Assembly: GCA_003133025.1 (NCBI GenBank) | Contig: PKZK01000254.1 | Location: 1 to 32,437 of the forward strand | DNA: 32,437 bases | Direction of reading: 5' to 3' | DNA from: Vulcanimicrobiota bacterium | GTDB taxonomy: Bacteria > Vulcanimicrobiota > Vulcanimicrobiia > Vulcanimicrobiales > Vulcanimicrobiaceae | In this document: positions 18,375 to 25,428 of the stretch, in pieces | How the letters are laid out: every line of letters starts with the position of its first letter | Position numbering within the stretch: position 1 is the first letter of the stretch | Translations under genes and position numbers: made by a program | Notes under the pieces: generated by a model | Database searches by the model: none | Seen by the model: the letters and a program-made list of their open reading frames with translations, nothing else | Told to the model about the DNA's origin: nothing

Positions 18375-19910
18375 ATGGGTTTGTCGAGCTTCATGCCGCA
18401 CGGCATGTGTTTTCTTTGGGATCCGCGTCTTCTCGGGGTCCACGTCGTCGCCGACGCTCTGATCGCCGTGGCCTATTTCTCCATTCCGGTGTTCTTGATT
18501 TGGGTGCTGCGCAAGCGCGGCGACCTGCCCTTCTCGTGGCTACTCGGCATGTTTGCGCTCTTCATCGTCAGTTGCGGGATGACGCATATCATGTCGATCT
18601 GGGTCATCTGGCATCCCGACTATTGGGCCGAGGGTGCGGTCAAGTGGGTTACGGCGGTTGCCTCGGTCGGCACGGCCCTGATGCTTATTCCGTTGACGCC
18701 GCGCATCCTGAGCATCCGTAGCCCCGAACAGGCGCAATCGCTCTTGGACCGGCTCAGCCGCGAGCATTCGATCGCCACGTCGTTTCAGAACGCGTCGCTT
18801 TCGCGACTGCCCGACGACACGCCCGGCCTCGAAATCGACGCAATATACCGGCCGGCCGTGAGCGATCTCGAAATCGGCGGCGACTGGTACGACGCGTTCT
18901 CCCTGCTCGACGGAAGAATGCTCGTGTCGATCGGCGACGTGGCCGGCAAGGGACTGGAAGCGGCGGTCGTGATGTCCAAAGTCCGCCAAGCGATTCGCGT
19001 GGCGGGCCAGGTGCAGATCGATCCTGCCGCCATCCTCAACGCCGCCGATCGTGCGCTCCGGACCGAATATCCGGACACTATCGTGACCGCATTTGTCGGC
19101 ATCTTCGATCGCATCGAGCGGCAATTCGTCTTCGCCAGCGCCGGACACCCCGGTCCGCTGCTGCGTTCGCCCGGCGGTCGCGTGGAATTTCTCGAGGACT
19201 CGTCCTTGCCGCTCGGTTTACGTCTGCGCGAAGAGGCCGGAATCGTGCAGTGCCGCGAACTCGAGGTCGGTTCGCTTTTCGTCCTCTACACCGACGGCCT
19301 CACCGAAGCCACTCGCGACGTCGCCGCGGGCGAAATGCGGCTCTGCGAGGCGGTTGGCGGGCGCGACACGTTCGAGGCGCGCAATCCGGCCCAGCTGATC
19401 CACGAGCGGGTGGTCGGCGACACCGCCCGCGACGACGTGGCGGTGCTGACCATTCGCGTCACCAATCTCGAATTGGAAGACGATTCGCGTTGCCGGCACT
19501 TCGATGCCCGCGATCACGAAGCGACCGAGAGTGCTCGCGCGGAGTTCGCGGAGTTCTTGGCCGCGCGCGGCGCGAGCAAGGAGCAAGCCTTTAACGCGGA
19601 ACTGATCTTCACCGAACTCCTGGGCAACGCGCTGCGCTACACCCCCGGGCCCGTGGAGACGCGCATCGAGTGGAATCGCGGCACTCCCGTCTTGCACGTC
19701 ATCGACGAGGGGCCCGGCTTCCAATTCGTCTCGCGCTTGCCCGCCGATATCTATTCCGAAGGTGGACGCGGCTTGTTCTTGATCTCAGCGCTGGCCGAGG
19801 ATTTTCACGTGTCGCGCCGTCGCTCGAAGGGCAGCCACGCGCGCGCGGTACTCTTCTCCACGGCCGCGACCCTCAGCGCACGGACGGGCGTCACGGCTCA
19901 CTCGGCCTGA
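18375..19910 (+). CDS. Ethylene-receptor-like membrane sensor fused to a SpoIIE/PP2C phosphatase and an RsbW-like HATPase_c domain
   Basis: N-terminus FMPHGMC...ADALIAVAYFSIP...FIVSCGMTH...VKWVTAVASVGTALML is ETR1-type. PP2C motifs IGGDWYD, IGDVAGKG, SAGHP, YTDGLTE, RDDVAVL. HATPase motifs ELLGNALRY, VIDEGPGF, SEGGRGLFLI. Confidence 0.9.
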   Translation: MGLSSFMPHGMCFLWDPRLLGVHVVADALIAVAYFSIPVFLIWVLRKRGDLPFSWLLGMFALFIVSCGMTHIMSIWVIWHPDYWAEGAVKWVTAVASVGTALMLIPLTPRILSIRSPEQAQSLLDRLSREHSIATSFQNASLSRLPDDTPGLEIDAIYRPAVSDLEIGGDWYDAFSLLDGRMLVSIGDVAGKGLEAAVVMSKVRQAIRVAGQVQIDPAAILNAADRALRTEYPDTIVTAFVGIFDRIERQFVFASAGHPGPLLRSPGGRVEFLEDSSLPLGLRLREEAGIVQCRELEVGSLFVLYTDGLTEATRDVAAGEMRLCEAVGGRDTFEARNPAQLIHERVVGDTARDDVAVLTIRVTNLELEDDSRCRHFDARDHEATESARAEFAEFLAARGASKEQAFNAELIFTELLGNALRYTPGPVETRIEWNRGTPVLHVIDEGPGFQFVSRLPADIYSEGGRGLFLISALAEDFHVSRRRSKGSHARAVLFSTAATLSARTGVTAHSA

Positions 19911-21709
19911 GCGAACATCCCCGCCAGCACTTCCTTGACCGACTGCGCGAAGACGGTCGCGCCTTCGGGATCGCCCTTGAGCATCGCCTTGCCGAACGAG
20001 ATGATCTGTTCGCTCGTGATGTTCGGTGGAAACATCGAGATGTTCGGATCGGTCAGTACCTCGACGACCACCGGGCCGCGCGCCGCGAAGGCCGCATCGA
20101 GCGCCGGAACCAGTTCCTCAATGTGCTCCACGCGCATGCCCTCAAAGCCGAGCAGACGGGCGAAGGCCGCGGTCGAGACGTCGGGCAGATGCTGCGACGC
20201 CGGAAAATCCGGCGCGCCGCTCTCTTCGCGCATCTCCCACGTAACCTGGTTGAGGTCGCGGTTGTTCGCCACGATGAAGATGATCCGCGGGTCGCTCCAG
20301 CGGTGCGCGTAGTGGCGCAGCGTGATCAGCTCGTTGATGCCGTTCATCTGCATTGCGCCGTCGCCGGTGACGGCGATCGCCACGCGTTCGGGAAAGGCGA
20401 GTTTCGCCGCGATGGCATACGGCACCGCAGGCCCCATCGTGGCCAGCCCGCCCGAAAGCGACCACTTCATCCCGCGTCGCATCTGCAGGTGCCGGGACGA
20501 CCAATTGGTCGAGGTTCCCGCGTCGGCGGTGATGACGCAGTCGTCCGGCAAACGCCGGTTGAGTTCGACGAAGAGGTCCTGAGGGTTGATCCCGTCGCTA
20601 CCGGAAATCCGTCCCCGCGCGGCGTCGATCTGCGTGCCCTTCTCGCGATGGCGCGCGATCGTCTCGCGCCACGAGGCATCGGTCTTTTGCTCGAGCAGCG
20701 GCAGGAGCAATTCCAGCGTGTCGAGCGCGGTGCCGTGCAAGTTGACTTCGTTGGGAAAGCGCAGGCCGAGCCGCAGCGGGTTCGCGTCGATCTGCACGCC
20801 CCGAACCTTGTCGTCGGCCGGCAAGAATTGCGCGTAGGGAAAGTTGGTGCCGATCATCAAGAGCGTGTCGCACTGCTGCATCATCTCGTTCGATGCGAGC
20901 GTGCCGAGCAAGCCGATCGTGCCGGTTACCCAGGGCAGATCGTCCGGCAGTACGGCCTTGCCCAGCAGGGCCTTCGCGCAGCCCGCCTGCAACCGGTCGG
21001 CGACCGCTTCGATAGCGTCGACCGCGCCAATCGCGCCCGCACCCACGAGGATCGCCACCCGGCTGCCCGCGTTGAGCACGTCGGCCGCGCGCTGCAGGTC
21101 GTGCGGGTGTGGCACGATCCGACCGGGCGCAAAGCCGACGCCGGAATTCGCGAAATTCATGTGGTGCGGCGGCTGCTCGACAGCCTTCTCCTCCTGAAGA
21201 TCCTTGGGCAGGATCAGGGCCGTCACCGTGCGCGCGCCGAGCGCGCCGCGTACCGCGCGGTCGACGCCATGCCGCACGCCGGCCGGGTCCATCAGCGTGA
21301 GGAGATACTCGCTCGCTACGTCCTTGAACAAGCTTTGCAGGTCGACTTCTTGCTGGTATTCGCTGCCGATAGCCGTCTTCGCCGCCTGCCCCACGATCGC
21401 GAGCACCGGGACGTGATCGTTTTTCGCGTCGTACAGCCCGTTCAGTAAATGGATTGCGCCGGGTCCGCTGGTGGCCAAGCAAACGCCGAGTTCGCCCGTA
21501 AACTTCGCATGCGCGGTGGCCATGAACGCGGCGTTCTCTTCGTGACGTACCTGCACGAAATCGATGGCGTCGCCGCTCTCCGCATGCGCGCGCTGATGCA
21601 TGTCGATCGCGTTGATGAGCCCGTTTATCCCGTCGCCGGGATAGCCGAAGATACGCCGCACACCCCACGCATGGAGTCGCTCGATCAGGAATTCGCTAAC
21701 GGTGGCCAT
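19898..21709 (-). CDS. Thiamine pyrophosphate-requiring enzyme (pyruvate oxidase-like)
   Basis: WGVRRIFGYPGDGING, QVRHEENAAFMA, ATSGPGAIHLLNGLYDA, SGGLATMG, and the TPP motif GDGAMQMNG...NNRDLNQV. Confidence 0.93.
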   Translation of the reverse strand: MATVSEFLIERLHAWGVRRIFGYPGDGINGLINAIDMHQRAHAESGDAIDFVQVRHEENAAFMATAHAKFTGELGVCLATSGPGAIHLLNGLYDAKNDHVPVLAIVGQAAKTAIGSEYQQEVDLQSLFKDVASEYLLTLMDPAGVRHGVDRAVRGALGARTVTALILPKDLQEEKAVEQPPHHMNFANSGVGFAPGRIVPHPHDLQRAADVLNAGSRVAILVGAGAIGAVDAIEAVADRLQAGCAKALLGKAVLPDDLPWVTGTIGLLGTLASNEMMQQCDTLLMIGTNFPYAQFLPADDKVRGVQIDANPLRLGLRFPNEVNLHGTALDTLELLLPLLEQKTDASWRETIARHREKGTQIDAARGRISGSDGINPQDLFVELNRRLPDDCVITADAGTSTNWSSRHLQMRRGMKWSLSGGLATMGPAVPYAIAAKLAFPERVAIAVTGDGAMQMNGINELITLRHYAHRWSDPRIIFIVANNRDLNQVTWEMREESGAPDFPASQHLPDVSTAAFARLLGFEGMRVEHIEELVPALDAAFAARGPVVVEVLTDPNISMFPPNITSEQIISFGKAMLKGDPEGATVFAQSVKEVLAGMFAQAE

Positions 21710-21719
21710 AGGTAAAGTA

Positions 21720-21745
21720 TTACCGCGCGACCGTCCTCACAAAAC
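21720..21745 (-). promoter_or_regulatory. SigB/SigF-like promoter GTTT-N16-CGGTAA
   Basis: The minus strand reads GTTT-tgtgaggacggtcgcg-CGGTAA, 10 nt before the ATG of the TPP enzyme; no SD sequence. Confidence 0.6.
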
Positions 21746-22021
21746 AACCACGGTAGCGAATATCGAGCACCTGTTTGAGGGCCCAATGCAGGGGGAATCA
21801 TGAGCGCGTCCTACCGAAAGCCGCGGCAAATGGGTTTTAGTGCTTTCCCCACGCGCCGCGACACCGCCAGAAGCATGAGGTAGGGGAAGCGCAGACTTCA
21901 CGCGGCCACGTGAAGCAACCCGGGAGACTCCGCGAGGGGTCTCTCTTTCATGTGTATCATACCGTGCAGACGCGGTAGCGCCTTGTGAGTCGGCAGCTCC
22001 GATTTTGGGAAAGCCCCAAAG

Positions 22022-24313
22022 GTGGACACCTTTGCGCCTGCGGACTCGATTGGTATGTCGGCGAGCGAGCTCGATGCTCGCTCGGATTTCGGAGATGCCG
22101 TCACCCTCGAATCGATTGGAGCGTTCGGCAACGTCTCGTTCGAGGTGCGGCGTGGAAAGCGTAACGTCTGGCTGATCTCTTCGATCGATGGGCGAGACGC
22201 GCTCGCGCTCAGGCTCGGCTTTAGCAGCATTGATCTCGAACGTATCCACACGACGACGGGCTCCGACGGCGTATTCGTGTTAGAGTTCAATGGGTCCCTG
22301 GGAGCGATGCGCGCGAAGATCGCACTCGTCGATCCCGACGCCGGCATCGTGCGCTGTACTACGTCGTTGCTGCCGGCTGTCGATGTCGTGGTGGCGGGGT
22401 GCCCCAACGACCTCTATGCCGTTGAACCTCACATCGGCACCGTACATACGTTTCAGCGCGGCCTGAGAACCGGCATCGTGTTCGCGAGTTGCGGCCTCCC
22501 GACGCCGTTCTCGCTCTTCTATCTGCAAGACTTCTCTTCGCTCGACGAGTTCTTCACAGCCGTCAAACGCTCGCCGGCCGCCACCGTGAGCGGCCGGTGG
22601 CCCGAACTCGGCTACGCCTCGCCCGGCGGCGATGGGTGCATTCTCGAGAAGGCCCACGAAGTCGTCATCTCCGACGTGTACCTCACGCTCTCGGAACGCG
22701 TGCCCTCGAACGAGGCCGAGACGGCGGCGCTCTATCTCGATCTGCTCGCCGCAACCTACCTGCGGCTGGAGCGGCCGAAGCCCGAATATCACGATTGGCC
22801 GTCGCGCGCCGAGAAGACGCTCCGCGACCTGTCGCTTTCACCCGACTGCACCGCAGCCCATGACGGTTTACGTTATCTCAAACCGTACGTCGGCGACGAT
22901 GCGAAGCCCCCGGAAAGCATGGTGCAGTTCACCGTCGCGTCCAACATCCACGAGTACGAGCGCTGGGCAAAGCAGGAGACCGTTTTGGCCGCTCTTCTCA
23001 GGGCGACCGTACCCACGTTCTTCGACGAAACCGTCGGCTCGATCGTTCGCTGGCTGCCCACGGCGCAGTTCGCCGATGCGCAAGCCGAAGAGAATATGAA
23101 CCACAGCGCCATGGACAGTTGGTACCTGCACCACGCGCTCTTCAACGCCTGGCGCATGGCGCGTGAGTGCGAGAGTGCCGATGCGAAGCGTCTTTTCCGC
23201 GCGTCGCTGCCCTACGTGGTGCGCGTGGCGCGACGCTTCGGTTACCGTTGGCCGATCTTTTTCGACCTGCGTACGCTCGACATCATTCGCGCGGAGGCCG
23301 AACCGGGAAAGGGCGGCGAAACGGATGTGGGCGGCATCTACGCGCTGGTCATGCTGCACGCCTACGAAATGTTCGGCGACGCCGACTACCTCGAAGAAGC
23401 GAAGAGAGGCGTGGAGTCGCTCCGGGGGCTGGGCTTCGCGCTCGGCTATCAGTTGAACACGACGGGTTTCGCCGCCGAGGCGGCGCTGCGCCTCTGGAAT
23501 CTCACCGGCGAACGCACCTATCTCGAACTGTCGGAGATCTGCCTGGCCAATATTTTCGACAACATGTGGCTCTGGCGCTCGAGCTACGGCAACGCGCGTT
23601 ACTATCGGACGTATTTCGGGCTCTTCCCGCTGCGCGACGCACCCTACATCGCCCCGTTCGAGGAATTGGAAGCGCAAGCGAAGTTCTTCGACTTCTTGGC
23701 AAACGGCGGCGACGACGTGCGTCCCTCGCTCCGTTTGCTCTTGGCCGAGTACCAGAAGTATAATTTGGATCGCGCGTGGTTCTATTACCCCGACACGTTG
23801 CCCGTCGACGTCGTCAGCGAGGATCCGCGCAACGGCCGGATAGAACGCGGCCTCTCGGTCCCGTTGGAAGATCTGCAAGACGGGTTCGCGACGTCGGGGC
23901 AGGTGGGCCAAGAAATCTATGGAGCGGGCCTGCCCTTCGTGCTTGCGAGCCGGCACTACGTTCGCGTTCCCGACGCCGGCTACATGCTCTACTGCAGCTA
24001 TCCGGCCTACGACTTTGCGTTGAGATGCGAATCGGGCGGCGTACGAGCAACCTGGCGCATCGGAGGCGATTCGCGCGGCGCGTGCGACCTGCGGCTAATT
24101 CCCATCGAGCCGAACATGGCGCCTGCCGTCGTCACGGTAACGGTGGAGGCCGGTACGATTCGCGTGCCGCTGGAGGGCCGGCTAACGCCGGAGGGTCACG
24201 CGGCGTTCGAGGTGCGAGGCGGAACCGACGTCGAGATCGGCATCCTCGCGCCGGCCGGAGCCGTGCCCGAGCTCGGCCTCCTGATCGGAGCGTCTGCCGT
24301 TGCAGATGCCTAG
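22022..24313 (+). CDS. Large uncharacterised protein (763 aa); beta-rich N-terminus plus probable (alpha/alpha)6 six-hairpin glycosidase-like domain
   Basis: Long ORF with aromatic/acidic enzyme-like composition. Hairpin repeats YALVMLHAYEMFGDADYLEEAKRG and AEAALRLWNLTGERTYLELSE. GTG start is uncertain. Confidence 0.7.
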   Translation: MDTFAPADSIGMSASELDARSDFGDAVTLESIGAFGNVSFEVRRGKRNVWLISSIDGRDALALRLGFSSIDLERIHTTTGSDGVFVLEFNGSLGAMRAKIALVDPDAGIVRCTTSLLPAVDVVVAGCPNDLYAVEPHIGTVHTFQRGLRTGIVFASCGLPTPFSLFYLQDFSSLDEFFTAVKRSPAATVSGRWPELGYASPGGDGCILEKAHEVVISDVYLTLSERVPSNEAETAALYLDLLAATYLRLERPKPEYHDWPSRAEKTLRDLSLSPDCTAAHDGLRYLKPYVGDDAKPPESMVQFTVASNIHEYERWAKQETVLAALLRATVPTFFDETVGSIVRWLPTAQFADAQAEENMNHSAMDSWYLHHALFNAWRMARECESADAKRLFRASLPYVVRVARRFGYRWPIFFDLRTLDIIRAEAEPGKGGETDVGGIYALVMLHAYEMFGDADYLEEAKRGVESLRGLGFALGYQLNTTGFAAEAALRLWNLTGERTYLELSEICLANIFDNMWLWRSSYGNARYYRTYFGLFPLRDAPYIAPFEELEAQAKFFDFLANGGDDVRPSLRLLLAEYQKYNLDRAWFYYPDTLPVDVVSEDPRNGRIERGLSVPLEDLQDGFATSGQVGQEIYGAGLPFVLASRHYVRVPDAGYMLYCSYPAYDFALRCESGGVRATWRIGGDSRGACDLRLIPIEPNMAPAVVTVTVEAGTIRVPLEGRLTPEGHAAFEVRGGTDVEIGILAPAGAVPELGLLIGASAVADA

Positions 24314-25337
24314 TTTCTCGTATCGCCGCTGCGGCATCGTGCTCGCTCCCGACGGGTCGGAGAACGAAGCCGCCGGCGTGCTGAATCCGGCGATCGCGCG
24401 CGACCGCTCGGGCAATCTGCTCATGTATCCGCGCATGGTTGCGCCCGGCAACATTTCACGCATCGGCATCGCGCGCGGGATCGCCGGCGCCGATGGTCCC
24501 GTGTTCGAGCGGACAGGCATCGTGCTCGAGCCGGAAACGTCGAGCGAAATCCGCTTCGAGCCCGGCGGTTACGGCTGCGAGGATCCGCGCGTTACGTTCA
24601 TCCCGAGCCTCGATGCGTATGTGATGGCGTACACGGCATTCGGACCCGAAGGCCCGAAGGTCGCCCTCGCGATCTCGAGCGACGCGTACGCCTGGTCGCG
24701 CCTCGGTCCGGTTCGGTTCGCCGACGCCGCGCTCAATGCGCTGCCGAACAAGGATGCAGCCTTCTTTCCGGAGGTCGTCACCTCACCGTCCGGCGTGCCT
24801 TCGTTCGCGTTCTACCACCGTCCGATGCTGCTGGAAAGCGTCACGGGCCAGGCGCCGATCGAATTGATGCAGTCGCTACCGCCCGAGGAGCGAGAGGTGA
24901 CGTGTATCGGCTACGTGCCGGCGGCTGCGGCGATACGCGGCGCCGAGGCGCTCTGCGGCGCAGCCGAAAGCGTGCGCGTGCTCGAAGTCGGCGAGACGTG
25001 GGGCCGCCTGAAAAACGGCTGCGGTACGCCGCCGGTAAAGACGCGCGATGGCTGGCTATCGCTCTTCCACGCCGTCGACGCGCGCGAACACGGTGATGGC
25101 CGGCAAACGGTCTACTATCACGCGGGCATCGTCGTGCACGACCTGGAACGCCCCGACCGCGTCCTCTTCCGGTCGCCCGAGCCGGTTCTCCAACCGGCCA
25201 CGGGAGCCGAACGCTTCGGCATCGTCGACGACGTGGTCTTTCCGACGGGCATCGATCCTCGGCCCGGCGGCGGCTACGACATCTATTACGGCGCCGCCGA
25301 CGCGAGGATCGCGCGCGCGGAGATGCACCCGCGATGA
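24306..25337 (+). CDS. Glycoside hydrolase family 130-like glycosidase/phosphorylase (five-bladed propeller)
   Basis: GVLNPA, GCEDPRVTF, YVMAYTAFG, NKDAAFFPE, HRP, GTPPVKTRDGWLSLFH, VVFPTG, IYYGAADARI. Start overlaps the upstream stop by 8 bp. Confidence 0.88.
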   Translation: MPSFSYRRCGIVLAPDGSENEAAGVLNPAIARDRSGNLLMYPRMVAPGNISRIGIARGIAGADGPVFERTGIVLEPETSSEIRFEPGGYGCEDPRVTFIPSLDAYVMAYTAFGPEGPKVALAISSDAYAWSRLGPVRFADAALNALPNKDAAFFPEVVTSPSGVPSFAFYHRPMLLESVTGQAPIELMQSLPPEEREVTCIGYVPAAAAIRGAEALCGAAESVRVLEVGETWGRLKNGCGTPPVKTRDGWLSLFHAVDAREHGDGRQTVYYHAGIVVHDLERPDRVLFRSPEPVLQPATGAERFGIVDDVVFPTGIDPRPGGGYDIYYGAADARIARAEMHPR

Positions 25338-25428
25338 TGCTCGTTGCGAACTAGGAGAGGCAAGGCCTGGCTCATAATGGTGGTGGTCCGTGTTTGGATG
25401 AGGCTTCGGGACATGTGATGGAGTTGAT

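Noticed and set aside
21737..22407. Minus-strand ORFs in and around the TPP/763-aa intergenic region
   Set aside because: No recognisable motifs; largely antisense to the 763-aa gene.
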